Source: Octopus vulgaris
Taxonomy: Eukaryota
Direction of reading: 5' to 3'
Assembly (NCBI GenBank): GCA_951406725.2
Contig: OX597814.1
Location: forward strand, 18,104,001 to 18,168,000
Length of the DNA stretch: 64,000 nt
Shown here one piece after another: positions 12,225-25,455 of the stretch. Both the position numbers and the translations under genes were made by a program. How positions within the stretch are numbered: the first letter of the stretch is position 1; the number at the start of each line of letters is the position of its first letter. Under the pieces are notes generated by a model that saw only the letters and a list, made by a program, of their open reading frames with translations, had not been told where the DNA came from and made no database searches.

Positions 12225-12552
12225 TAAAACGGTAAGATAACAAAAGAAAGAAAGAGACCTCAATATTATGTAAATAGAGGCCATTCTATACAAAAATATG
12301 TTACATTACTCGATAGTCAAGATAAAACTCTGAGTTTCAGATGCCGAAGTGGGAATCCACGACATCTCTTCGGTTATCTGGCTATTTGAAAACCCTCTTA
12401 GAAATTTTACTCAAAGAAACTAATAATCCCAAGTTCTTACTTATTAAAGAGGTTTTCAAATAGCCAGATAACCGAAGAGATGTCGTGGATTCCCACTTCG
12501 GCATCTGAAACTCAGAGTTTTATCTTGACTATCGAGTAATGTAACATATTTT

Positions 12553-12555
<3 letters not shown>
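12221..12555. mobile_element. (TA)n-embedded fold-back element with 105-bp perfect inverted arms carrying hammerhead-like motifs
   Basis: Arms 12290-12394 and 12451-12555 with a 56-nt spacer. TA tracts on both sides. Confidence 0.75.
12466..12525 (+). ncRNA. Type I hammerhead-like motif (U4C variant), mirrored on the minus strand at 12320-12379
   Basis: AGATAA-CCGAAGA-GATGTCG..CGGCATC-T-GAAA-CTCAGAG-TT-TTATCT. Stem I 6 bp perfect, stem II 7 bp with one G-U, stem III ACTC/GAGT, GUU site. Confidence 0.6.
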
Positions 12556-12597
<42 letters not shown>

Positions 12598-12645
12598 CAA
12601 TAATAAATCTCTGAACGAGATGTAAACAGTAACTGCACGACAATG

Positions 12646-12749
12646 TAAGGTATACTAGCCATCTCAATATGGCTAGTATCTCCTGGGGCTACAAGCTACA
12701 GTTACACCCACCCTTAGTGGTTAGTCATATTGAGATGGCTAGTATACCT

Positions 12750-12751
<2 letters not shown>
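12646..12751. mobile_element. Small MITE-like inverted-repeat element (about 106 bp)
   Basis: TAAGGTATACTAGCCATCTCAATATGGCTAG pairs with 12721-12751 at 29/31 positions. TA-bounded. The right half also occurs at about 20-75. Confidence 0.6.
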
Positions 12752-12783
<32 letters not shown>

Positions 12784-12784
<1 letters not shown>

Positions 12785-13865
12785 TAGCTGACGTACCCGG
12801 TAGTCCCGGGAAAGCGGGGTTTATCCCTTGGTTCCGTTCTCAAAATTGTTTCGCTAATCCAACAGCAACAAAACAAAGTATAACAAAGTATGCAGCCCTT
12901 AAAATGCTCTTTGTGCATTTACAGAGAATACCGAACCGTCTTACACGTAATAACGTGAAATTGGTTACTCGATAGTAAGAATTCAAATTAATATGCGCTT
13001 TTCGGGGCTAATTAATTTGAATTCTCAATTTTGCTGGTGAGTTGGAATGGTGAGAAGTATACAGGCTGCTGTATACAACCGTCACATCATTACTATGTGA
13101 CTTTAACACAATATATTAGTTAAAATAATAAACAGAGAACACCACTGGAAAATACGAAAACTAAAAGAAGCAGCACATATGTTAGGACACAACAACCTCC
13201 TAAGTAGACCGAGTGCAGATATGAGTAGCATATGGGAACCAGTATTAAGGAAGGATAGGAAAATATTAGATTTATAAGCCCTATAATTCACTCCACAATT
13301 TTCCATGGTCATTTGGCGTAGTGGTTAAGCGCGTGGTTTACTAACCCTAAGATTCCGAGTTCGATTCCAGTCAATGACCTAAATAATGATGATAATAACG
13401 ACATTGAAAAATACCTTAGGAAGTAGAACCCAGGTTCGAAATTTCCCTAAGACACCTAATGAAAGCTGGAGTGCATATCAGCCAAAACGTTGTGTTACCA
13501 ACAAACAAGATGAGGACAAATATCCGTCAAAGTGCTTGATAAAGAATTAGAATATGCATGAATATAGGATGGTAGAAATTTCTTCTGAGACCGATAACTT
13601 AAAGTATCAGTTATTTGCTGAAAACATATAAAGCAACTGCTAAATCCAAGTAATAAGTAATGGGCTAACGTGGTACAGAAGCATTCGGTTCACCGCTCAA
13701 TTTTGCTGGTGAGTGCTGTACACAACCGTCACATCATTACTATGTGACTGTAACAATATATTAGTGCTAACACTCGTCTGCAAATATATACGATACATTC
13801 ATACAGACAGACTGACAGACAGATAGAAAGTTAGACTGACAGACAGACATAAATAGATAGATAGA
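12784..13865 (-). mobile_element. Putative second Helitron family (H2); 3' end clear, 5' boundary uncertain
   Basis: Minus strand ends CCCGG-GACTA-CCGGG hairpin plus CTAG|T at 12784. Internal duplication (13024-13120 vs 13697-13765) and a (GACA)n tract near the presumed 5' end. Confidence 0.5.
13307..13531 (+). mobile_element. tRNA-headed SINE-like element with a degenerate hammerhead in its tail
   Basis: 73-nt tRNA-like head closed by a perfect GGTCATT/AATGACC stem, A box TGGCGTAGTGG, B box GAGTTCGATTCC. Tail motif GACAC-CTAATGA-A-AGCTG..CAGCC-AAAA-CG-TT-GTGTT. Confidence 0.65.
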
Positions 13866-14131
13866 TATATGATTGTGTATGTGCATGTATGCAAATGCGT
13901 ATGGATGCATTTATTCATATGTAAAATAAACCGAATTAGCACAAAATCTGACATCATATCGATCAATCAATCGACTAAATACTTGATGGATCGAAATTGT
14001 GGTTGTGAGGTTCGGGTTTTATGTAATCCTCTTATATTACGTAGGAACAGACGCCTCAGATACAGATACATTGTCGCGAAACATTTCACGATAATCATTG
14101 ATGAGTTTAAATACATATACGCACACACACA

Positions 14132-14213
<82 letters not shown>

Positions 14214-14235
14214 AATATATATATATATGTATGTC

Positions 14236-14267
<32 letters not shown>

Positions 14268-14278
14268 CATTTATATAT

Positions 14279-14689
14279 TCTTTTACTCTTTTACTTGTTT
14301 CAGTCATTTGATTGCGGCCATGCTGGAGCACCGCCTTTAGTCGAGCAAATCGACCCCGGGACTTATTCTTTGTAAGCCCAGTACTTATTTTATCGGTCTC
14401 TTTTGCCGAACCGCTAAGTGACGGGGACGTAAACACGCCAGCATCGGTTGTCAAGCAATGCTAGGGGGGGGGGCAAACAAGACACACAAATATATACACA
14501 CACATACATATATATATAAATATATACGACAGGCTTCTTTCAGTTTCCGTCTACCAAATCCACTCACAAGGCATTGGTCGGCCCGGGGCTATAGCAGAAG
14601 ACACTCGCCCAAGATGCCACGCAGTGGGACTGAACCCGGAACCATGTGGCTGGTAAGCAAGCTACTTACCACACAGCCACTCCTGCGCC
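14279..14689 (-). mobile_element. SINE family B, full length
   Basis: Colinear with 5551-5967 in reverse. Confidence 0.92.
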
Positions 14690-14769
14690 AATATATAAAC
14701 ATACTTTGAAATTGATGCCCGGCGTTCAATTAAATAATATAAATTGTACATATACAAAGCAAAAGTCAA

Positions 14770-15935
14770 ACACATAGTAGTAAGTTGACACCAAGTCTCA
14801 CCCAAAGACCTCAAGAGACAACAACTTAGAAGTTCAAGTCGATGTTATGTCTAGGGTGTCATGTGTTTAGTTTTGTATATGGTATTATTCTAGGAAATAT
14901 TTAAGAAAACATAAGAAAATTATATGTTTGTTTTAAATTTTGAGATTACATAGACAGTATTTTACGTAGGATATGAGTAGTTCTCATGAGCGATATCTTT
15001 TGAATTTCTGCCAATTTGGAGTTTCCTGGTATCTTAGCCAGTTAGGAATCAACCCCTTTTGCTACTATTCCTACGGCGCCTATGATAACAGGTATTGTTT
15101 TAGTCTTGAGGTTCCACATTTTACTAATTTCTACTTCAAGATCTTTTTACTTGCTCAGTTTCTGGTAGGCCTTGACAGATACATTTATGTCGATTGGGAC
15201 AGTCATATCAATAAGGAGGTATAATTTTTGTCTGAAGTCTTTCAGTATAATGTCTGGCCTATCTGCATCTTTCTTTCTGTCAGTTTGAATGGTGAAGCTC
15301 TAGAGGTGTGAGATGTGATCATTCCCAAAGCACTGACGGTTGTTTGTGTTCCCAACAGTTTTATCGTGGAGCAGGTCTAGGATTTTGCAAATTACCCAGT
15401 GAATATACTGTGCGGCTCTACCATGCTTGTTGAGATACTCTGTAGGCGCAAGAAGACTGCACATGGAGACAACATGATCAATGGTTTCGTTTTGTTGTTT
15501 ACATACACGACGTGTTTGACTACTGCCGTTCTTTAATTTGTTGGCTCCTTGTAGGTAGGCATTGATCTGATTTTAAGCCAAAAGACACTAGCTTGTGATG
15601 GGTAAGGGCTTTGTCAACATCAGCATTATTAGCTTTCTTTGGGTATTTGCCATTAAGAGCTTTTTCTTGCCATCTATCAATAAGATTATCTAAAACAGCA
15701 GTTTTAGTACAGGTTCTCATAAGTTTAGCATTTTCTGTGCTTGTTTCTAGTACGTCCAATTCTGAGATTTGCAGTATTTGGAATTCACTTGGATATTCCT
15801 TTACTGTTTTTTTTTTTACTGAGTATGATGCTTTCTTGCTTTCGTGCTTTAAGACAAGTTTTAACATCCAGTGAGCAGAGTTTCTCAAGTAGGTGTTTAG
15901 GCCAATTGTGATAATCTTCATTGTTAATTCCAGTT
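14770..15935 (-). mobile_element. R4/Dong-clade LINE, decayed 3' 1.2 kb (post-RT region, CCHC finger, REL endonuclease, 3' UTR)
   Basis: Minus-strand translation includes RWQEKALNGKYP..VDKALTH, CKQQNETIDHVVSMC, IQTDRKKDADRPDIILKD and IDMTVPIDINV..LSK, with stops and frameshifts. Confidence 0.88.
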
Positions 15936-16046
15936 GTAAAAGTTCACAGTCGTCTTTATGTTCTAAGAAAACTCAAAACATATATGTAGAGTATTTTTCT
16001 AAGTATTTTAATTAACGATCATAATCCTCATAGTAAGCCAGGGATC

Positions 16047-16150
16047 ATTCTTCTTCTTCTTCTTCTTCTTCTTCTTCTTCTTCTTCTTCTTCTTCTTCTT
16101 CTTCTTCTTCTTCTTCTTCTTCTTCTTCTTCTTCTTCTTCTTCTTCTTCT
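16047..16150. repeat. (TTC)n microsatellite
   Basis: Directly visible. Confidence 0.95.
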
Positions 16151-16699
16151 CACTACTACTACAACATTACAAAGCAGTGGATTGGCGGAATCTTTAGAAC
16201 ATCGAACAAAATGCCTCACAGAATTCCCCTACGGCTTTCAGAGCCCTGAATTCAAATGCCGCCGAGACCAACATTACTTTTGAGCTTTCTAGGGTCGATG
16301 AAATAGCATGCATTTATTGTAGTTAAACCTAGGTGAATATCAACACCATCCCCTTTCGTTAAAAATATATAGGCCTGCCTGGCCTGGGCCGGAATTGACT
16401 CTGGAGATCTATGAGAACAGTTTCAGGAAACTTTTCTGGAAGATTTTCAGCTCGAGGACTACGGACATCTTCCCAAAGTCCAAAGCAGTGTCATACGAAT
16501 TCAGAGGTCATTACCTATTTAAAAAAATCTCTACAGTCATGGAGGAAACATAACTCGAACTTGTTCAAGATGCGTGCAAGGCGACCAAGCCGTCTTGCAC
16601 GCAAACGTTCAGAATCTTTTCATTAGCGACTTTTGGGTTTGTGTAACGAAGTTACACGTCTAATTTACATTTGTAGGAGGGAAATATTTCCTAACAAGG

Positions 16700-17070
16700 T
16701 TTGGCGAATGTGGGTGCATGGTGGGCTCATCTGAAAGGTTTCAAGACGAGAAACTTTCTATTTGGTCAAGCTCTAATTATCTTCTTCGAGTTCCATTTAA
16801 AGAGGAATGTGAATGTAAAAAGGGAATTCAGTCCTATTGGGTATTTATCGAAAAGCGGATGAGAGTAACAAGATCGGTGAGTCTGGATGTGCTTCACCTG
16901 CGAATTATTTTCTAAGTAAGAGGGAAGAAACAGGAAGAGGGCACTGCCGATGTCTGAGAGATAGCAGAGAAATTCAGGCCATTCTTGCAGTGGAGTGTCT
17001 CCCACATCAAGACAATGTTATTGGTAAGCTCTTCTTATTCCTTGTCGAATTCTTTTATTTTGGGGGAGAA
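16700..17070 (-). mobile_element. Possible very old LINE (L2/CR1-type) RT C-terminal remnant
   Basis: Fragments such as SDIGSALFLF, RSCYSHPLF and SFYIHIPL/WNS resemble RT C-terminal tails. Heavily decayed. Confidence 0.3.
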
Positions 17071-17199
17071 TGTTGTTAATATATCATTTGATATTTCTTT
17101 ATCGTTAATTTTCTTTTGATCCATGCAAACACCACGTTTCCTGCTTTTGTATATCGTCCTTTGATACTGTCCTCGATGTCTTTGGGTCCTCGAAAGAAA

Positions 17200-17313
17200 A
17201 CACCACCACCACCAACAACAACAACAACACTACTACCACCATCAGCATCCCCCAAACTACCAGCAATAACACCATCATCGTCAAAGTCATCATCATCATC
17301 ATCATCATCGTCG

Positions 17314-17354
<41 letters not shown>

Positions 17355-17391
17355 GTCGTCGTCATCATTGTTATTATTGTTATCATCATCG

Positions 17392-17426
<35 letters not shown>

Positions 17427-17750
17427 GTCGTCGTCGTCGTCGTCGTCATCATTGTTATTGTTGTTATCACCATCGTTATCATCTTCATCATCATCGTCGT
17501 CATGGTCGTCGTTATCATAATGTTTTTCTTTTCTTTTTTTTTTTGTTGCTTTTATTATCACTTCATTCAAATAAAAACTCACACTCTGTGTTATACATGC
17601 ACTAAATAGCCCAGAAAAGATTATGGAGTGTAAAGAAGGGTGGAGGTAACAAAAAAATTAAGTTAACGAATGAATAATAACCTTCACCACCACTACAACT
17701 GCTATTACTGTTACTACTAGTATTACTACTACGACCACCACTACTACTAT

Positions 17751-17797
<47 letters not shown>

Positions 17798-17844
17798 ATG
17801 CTGATGCTGCTGCTGCTGATGATGATGATGATGACGACTACTAT

Positions 17845-17877
<33 letters not shown>

Positions 17878-17887
17878 CACTGCTGCT

Positions 17888-17918
<31 letters not shown>

Positions 17919-18050
17919 ATAATGATGATGATCATGATCATGATCATGATGACGATGATGACGATGATGATGATGACGACGATGATGATGATGACGACGA
18001 AGACGACGTCAACGCCGACAACAGTAACAAAAACAAAAACAACAGTAGTA

Positions 18051-18111
<61 letters not shown>

Positions 18112-18150
18112 CAACAACAACAACTGCTTCAACAATAATAATAATAATAA
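17200..18150. repeat. Large compound trinucleotide microsatellite field (CAT/CGT, CTA, CTG, GAT, TAA, CAA)
   Basis: Directly visible. Source of the poly-D/S/M/N ORFs in the track. Confidence 0.95.
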
Positions 18151-18510
18151 TAGCAGCCAGAGAAGACTAAAGTAAAAACAACGCCTTTACACATCTGCAA
18201 CATTAACAGCAGCAGAAACGGCAATAACAACATCAACAATAATATTTTATAATTACAAAAATCGGATATAAAAATCAAGAGAATAACAAACAAACAACAA
18301 TAATTTCAAAATATATGAAGAAAACCAATAAATAAATAAATAAATGAGAAACGTTGTGAAGTCATAAGTCAGAGTGAACTCGACAAGAGATAAACTGAGT
18401 AAGCCACCCTGGAGAGTTACATCAGGTTTGTCAGTTGGGTGCCAGAGACAATATCAGCAGAGATTTTATCGCACTGTGAAGGTTTTGATGTTTTCGAGTC
18501 GAGTAGAGAA

Positions 18511-18581
<71 letters not shown>

Positions 18582-18785
18582 GTCTCTCTCTGTCTCTCTC
18601 TGTCTCTCTCTCTCTGCTTTTTTAACTCTTTCACACTCTGCCTCTTTCTTTCTACTTCCGATTCTTACTTTCCCTCACACGCTCATTCTCACTCTTTCTG
18701 TTTTGCTCTCTTTCTCTCTCACTGAAGATATATAACTTACACATAATATATATATATATATATATTTATGTATATGTATATATGT

Positions 18786-18874
<89 letters not shown>

Positions 18875-18898
18875 GTATATGCGTATACATACATATGC

Positions 18899-18942
<44 letters not shown>

Positions 18943-19190
18943 GCTTACACATATATATATAGTCATATATAAATATTTGCATTATCTATATTTTCTTATA
19001 TCTATTAAAGAGCGTATGTATGAATGTTATTCTATAAGCATCACAATGTTCATATATGTGTGCGTGTACGATATACGTCTGTGTGTGCAAGTGTGTATTT
19101 GCATGTGTATATTTGTGTATTTGTGTGCTTGTGCCAGTGTGTCTGTGTGTGTATATATATATAGATATGGATATATACATGACACGTTAT

Positions 19191-19240
<50 letters not shown>

Positions 19241-19359
19241 TAAGACTCGTTATACATATATATAATGTGTCTTAAATCTACCACGTGCATAATATCAATA
19301 AAAAAAGGCCGGTTTCAAAATTAAGAGCATTAGCGTAGGTGTAAGGAAACCAATGGTTT

Positions 19360-19453
<94 letters not shown>

Positions 19454-19465
19454 GAGATAGATAGA
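19360..19465. repeat. (GATA)n microsatellite
   Basis: Directly visible. Confidence 0.95.
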
Positions 19466-19999
19466 CAGTGACAGGGTAAGACAGAGGAAGAGAGAGAGAG
19501 AGAGAGCGAACAAAGGAAAGCTGAAGGAAGAAATAATTTATCTGAGAGATATACGAATGTGTCGATGAAAAATCTAAGTGATTATTCGATGAAGATGTAT
19601 ATGTGATTGAGTCTTGAGTCTTTGTATGCCAGGAATTCGTGAGTGGGAGTTAGCTGATTACATCGACCCCAAGTGCTCGACTGATACCCTTTTCCTCGAC
19701 CCCAACTCCGAAAGGATGAAAGGCAAAGTCGACCTCGCTGGAATACGAACTCAACTCGTAAAGAGAAGCGAAATGCCGCTTAAGGAATCTACCTGGTTTA
19801 TTATCTTTTTGCCACTTAATGTGGCAAGGCTACTCCGACTTTATATGTCACGCAAGAATATTTTATTGATTGCTCTCTCTCTCTCTCTCTACCTACCTAT
19901 CTACGTCTATCTCTCTTTCGCTGTTTTTCGTCTTATTTTCTCTCTCTCTTTCTCTCTCTGTCTCTATATCTACTGGACACACACACATATATGCACATA

Positions 20000-20046
<47 letters not shown>

Positions 20047-20048
<2 letters not shown>

Positions 20049-20431
20049 CCACATAGTCCCGGGTTCAGTCCCACTGCATGGCACCTTGGGCAAGTGTCTT
20101 CTACTATAGCCTCGGGCCGACCAAAGCCTTGTGAGTGGATTTGGTGGACGGAAACTGAAAGAAGCCCGTCGTATATATGTATATATATGTATATGTGTGT
20201 GTGTGTGTATATGTTTGTGTCTGTGTTTGTCCCCCTAGCATTGCTTGACAACCGATGCTGGTCTGTTTATGTCCCCGTTACTTAGTGGTTCGGCAAAAGA
20301 GACCAATAGAATAAGTATACTGGGCTTACAAAAGAATAAGTCCCAGGGTCGAGTTGCTCGATTAAAGGCGGTGCTCCAGCATGGCCGCAGTCAAATGACT
20401 GAAACAAGTAAAAGAGTAAAAGAGTAAAAGA

Positions 20432-20433
<2 letters not shown>
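20047..20433 (+). mobile_element. SINE family B, 5'-truncated, between (TA)n tracts
   Basis: Begins at AACCACATAGTCCCGGG and ends in (GTAAAAGA)3. Confidence 0.9.
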
Positions 20434-20467
<34 letters not shown>

Positions 20468-20628
20468 GTATGTGTGATTTAGATTAATGTAAAAAATAAA
20501 TAAAGCTGAAACAAATTAACACCAAATATATAGTGCGTGTGTTTTTATTGGCTAAACTGGCAAAATGACCATTCCTAAATACAACAACATATGTTTCAAC
20601 ACACGATTTCACATCAAGAATCTTGCAA

Positions 20629-20673
<45 letters not shown>

Positions 20674-20931
20674 TTGTTATTATGCAAAAGTAAAAAATGT
20701 TGCTTTTTCAGAAAACAAAAACAAAAAGCAAAAGAAAAAAAAAGTTCCAACCACTCCATAGCGAAACCGTTGCACTTCACTTTGACAATCTTTGATATCT
20801 TGGCATTTGAGGCAGCTTGATATACAAGAATTTGACCCAAAGAACCGGTGAAATACGGCTACGCATTTCGCCCGGTGTGCTACCGTTTCTGCCAGCTCGC
20901 CGCCTTATATATATATATATATATATACTGT

Positions 20932-20984
<53 letters not shown>

Positions 20985-21004
20985 TGTCATACACTTCCTA
21001 GGAC

Positions 21005-21045
21005 CATCGACGTTTCAAAATCCGTTGAAAATTATCTTCATGATG
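21005..21045 (-). ncRNA. Degenerate hammerhead-like motif in a TA-flanked element
   Basis: Minus strand CATC-ATGAAGA-..-GAAA-CG-TC-GATG. Stem I and GUC site intact; C3 and stem II decayed. Confidence 0.35.
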
Positions 21046-21406
21046 AAATGATCTCAGTGGTGATTATTACTGCTGATTTATTTGCTCCCGAGAATCATGG
21101 GAATGATGCTGTGTCCGCTTGTGATTCGTTATCGCTGTAGTGAAACTATCTTAGACTGTTGACGTCAGCCGTCTTTCACAGCGACCAGGAAACGGAGCGG
21201 GCTTACTGCGATATTTGTGAAGATATGATCTCAAAGGTCTTTTAACGTCAATGGAGCTAAAGGGTTTATATTTTATTATTACAGCAAAATATAAACCTCG
21301 AATATCTGAAATATATAGGAAGAAGACGAAAAATAAATTAATAGTAATACGATAAATCTGAAGTTTGGTCGAGTTCTCAGTGAGATGTCTTTAAAGGAAA
21401 AACTGT

Positions 21407-21473
<67 letters not shown>

Positions 21474-23936
21474 CATATATACACACGTATCACAAACCTT
21501 GAGTTTGCTCTATACTGGACTGTGTTCATATTGCTTTACAAAAGAGTGTGGAAGACTTCCTGTATAGTAATCTGTGTACAAAGTAGACACCTTGCAGTTG
21601 GTACTTAATTTGAAAGAGAGGAGGGTTGCAGTATGTTCTGATCTGCATGAAGCGTTTGAAATCAGTGAAGACATCTCTTCCGATCTTGTAAGAGAGAATG
21701 ATAATGAAACGTAGCCTATCCTTGATTTGTAAATGAATGCTAAATATTTTGAGGGTGACAGGAATGACACGGGTGCTATTCTCGTTGACTTTCTGTGACG
21801 AGCAAGCGGCACATTTTGATAGTCTAAAAGTTTAGAAAAGTCATTAAGAGAAAGAGACCACACAAGAACCCGAAAATGATCAACATTCAACAGAAAAATT
21901 CTTGGCTACACATATTTATAGTAACAAAGCAGGCAATTGGAAAATTGGACTGTTTAGTTGTTCCACGTCTACCATATAGCCCGAATATGGCGTCCGCGAC
22001 TTCCCCTCGTTCGGTCCAATGAGATACTACTTTCAGGGACAAAAATTTGTTGACATGGACGTGGTAAAAAGTGATTGTGACGATGTGAACACATCTAAAT
22101 TTTTCCAAAGAAATTGGGTTCATCTATTGGCCTGATGCATTGTAGTTTTGAAGAAGAGTTACTCTAACGACAGGCTAATTTTAAAGACCTATGCCACTTA
22201 ATAAAAAAGTTATGCCTACATTTCCATTAGTTCCAGTACAATTCTCATATATTATTGCTGGCTAAAGTTTGTGAAATAAAAGATGCACATTTAATTAGAG
22301 TATCCCGTTGGTTTTCAAAAACTTAATCGTACAAATCTCACACTGCTCTTTTGGATTCACCTGCCTAGAATCGTACACAGTATTTACTTTGTAGTACCTC
22401 AAAAATCTAATTGCACCTATGTTACGTGGTGTCTTTGCAGTTAGCGACCACCTCCTAATTACTTCCTTGCCTTCGCATCTAAAATCACACATACTACTAT
22501 TGAAAACGCAAACATCATGTTTTGCGCTGCAGAGAGAGCCATATTAGGTGTAGTCCGTTGATTGTAATGACATTTTTAGTCATTGTTTCGACCATGCTGA
22601 CTAGCAACTCCTCATATCCATTGACTTCTATTTCTACCACATGCCCAAATTTGTTGAGCGAATCTTGAAGGAAGGTGTAGTTGTCACAATACAAGACAAA
22701 TAGCATATGAACTCACTAACCATTATTCGGTTTATATACGTGGGTAACGTTCAAAACTTCTAGGCATTTTTCATCAGTCGTCTCGTAATACGAATGAATA
22801 CAGTCCTCTACGTAGTTGCCTGACGAGTTAGAAATAGCAGCTACATTCGCTTTAAATCACAACATAACATATATAATCTCATAAACCACACAATAAAAAT
22901 AAATATGGGAAAACAATGCAATGTTCACAGAAGTAATGCTGTTTGACAACAGCAGCAAAAACATTCAAAAATTTAAAGTTGGTTGCATGAAATACCTAGA
23001 TATAGGATTGTAATAACGGCATGCTAAGAGACAGGCGTTGTGAGAATTTTAAAGTTTCTAGTTTTTCTCAGATAAAATGCTCATTCATACTTACACACAT
23101 GCATATATTGTCACATACATATCTACATACATACATATATACTTACATACGTACATAGATACATAGATACATAGATACATACATACATACATACACACGC
23201 ACATATATACATACATGTGTGCGTGTGTGTGTGCGTTTGTGTATATAGTTTAGAACACCTGCAAAATGTTTTCAATCAAATGCAACAATGCAAGATATGA
23301 AAAATGAAAGAAAAAACCGTTAAAACCAGGGTTTCATGTTATTGTTTAATTACTATGGTGATAAGATTTTCTGTTTGAAATATGAAAATGACATTGATTT
23401 TATCTTTATTCCGTTATTTTGATTTCTATTCCTTCCTCTCCATTCGGACCAACCTAACCCCTACCCAAAGCTGTTTCGTTAACATTTATGCACAAAAGAT
23501 TTTTTTTTTTTTACATGGATCTTTTTATTACTGTTATCGTTTAATAAATGTATACAGAAAAGTCTCGAGTATAACCCTCGTATTTCCCATAGAAGAAAAT
23601 ATTGTTTAACTTTATGATGAATGTCTCTCATCGTACAGACTGAACACGCACGCAGAGACACACTCACACACAAACACACACGCACACGCACAAATATATA
23701 CGCATGCATATATGTATAATGTATGCATTTATATATATGAATTCACGCACGCACACACACATACACACAAACACACACGCACAAATATATACGCATGCAT
23801 ATATGTATAGTATATGCATTTATATATATGAATTCACGCACGCACACACACATACACACACACTTTGTGTGTGTGTATTAAATAAAATAAGCCAAGGTGG
23901 TGTGGAATTATCAGGACATTTACAAAGAGATAGTTA

Positions 23937-23984
23937 GTCTTACAGCTGTTTCTGAGGTATTAGGGATATCCCTTTATCGGAGAC
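23937..23984 (-). ncRNA. Degenerate hammerhead-like motif within a probable Penelope-like terminus (about 23880-24640)
   Basis: Minus strand GTCT-CCGATAA-..-GAAA-CAGCTG-TA-AGAC. Stem I GTCT/AGAC, palindromic stem III ACAGCTGT, two core substitutions. Confidence 0.45.
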
Positions 23985-24837
23985 GATGTGAGATGGAAAT
24001 ATTGAAAGAAATAGTATAGTTCGATATAAAGAGTTAGTTTGGAAAAGGATGGAAATAAGAAGTATGAAAGGAAATAAGAGAATAAAAGTAAAAAGTAATG
24101 TAGGACGTCATAGTTGCAGTTCCATTATGCAAGGAAAGTAGTGTGTAGAAGGGGTAGAAATGCTTCTTGTCCATGGTATGTAAATTCCGATAGAAGTTCA
24201 TATTTTGTCATTACAAATGGAAAGTGTCGAGACGTAGATTCCATGTGCTGTTCATTCAAAGGTGTCTTGTAGTATGAATGAAATTTTGAGAATGTAGTGG
24301 TAGTATTAAGTAGATAGAGAGGAAAGAAAAGATGCGTATGTTGAAATGAGGAGATGGTCAAAAGGAATAGGTGAGGAAAGAAGAAAGAATGAAAGAGGAA
24401 GAGAAAATGAAAAAGTTGTTGGTCAAAAGCTAGTTAGTTGAGGGGCTGGGAGAGGAGTAGGGGCGGGATAGGAAGAAATAGGAATGTAAGGAATGAGTAT
24501 GTGCGAAGAATGCGAGGTGGGGTGATATGTTTGAAAGGTACAAGGGGTTAATAAAGTGAGTAGTAAACCTCAAAATGGAAGGGAAGAATAGTTAGATATA
24601 ATGGTAAAATTTCTAAAAATAGACAAAGGTGTCTATAGACAAACGTATGCTCAGATACATACATACATACATACATACATACATACATACGTATGCTCAC
24701 ATACATACATACATACATACATACATACATACATACATACGTATGCTCACATACATACATACATACATACATACATACATACATACATACATACATACAT
24801 ACATACATGCATACATACATACATACGGAATCGATTA

Positions 24838-25048
24838 TTCTTTTATTTCTTATTTGCTTCAGTCATTTGACTGTGGCCATGCTGGAGCACCACCTTTAGT
24901 TGAACAAATCGACCCTAGGACTTATTATTTGTAAGCCTAGTACTTATTCTATCGGTCTCCTTTGTCGAAGCTACAGGGACACCAACATCGGTTTTCAAGC
25001 GATGATGGAGGGGTGACGGGACAAACAGGCACTCAAACATATACATAC

Positions 25049-25101
<53 letters not shown>

Positions 25102-25266
25102 ACACGGGCTTCTTTCAGTTTCCATCTGCGAAATCTACTCACAAGGCTTTGGTCGGCCCGAGGCTACAGTAGAAGACACTTGCCCAAGGTGCCACTCAGT
25201 GGGACTGAACCCAGAACCATGTGGCTGGTAAGCAAGCTTCTTACCACACAGCCACTCCTGCGTCTA
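24838..25266 (-). mobile_element. SINE family B
   Basis: Colinear with other copies, with a small internal deletion. Confidence 0.9.
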
Positions 25267-25455
25267 CAGCACACCGCAAATATAAACGGTGTGGGGCACT
25301 TTCCATGCGTCCTAACACCCATATTTTCCCGTCGACAACATACACGCCTCAGTATTAGGCTATTTTCTTTAGCCAATACACGGTGATCGCTTATAAGCTT
25401 TAGGCAATATATTTAAAAGGTTCGTCAAAATTAGTTGATACAGATTTATTAAGTA

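Noticed and set aside
16400-16630. Possible Tc1/mariner transposase C-terminal remnant (LKKSLQSW..VQDACKA..RL)
   Set aside because: Similarity too fragmentary to support by eye.
17076-18175. Poly-Asp/Ser/Asn ORFs resembling acidic biomineral proteins
   Set aside because: Pure trinucleotide microsatellites open in several frames, with no signal peptide or splice support.
21490-22720. Non-repetitive stretch with short ORFs, possibly an ancient LINE
   Set aside because: No diagnostic motif could be read with confidence. A profile search is needed.
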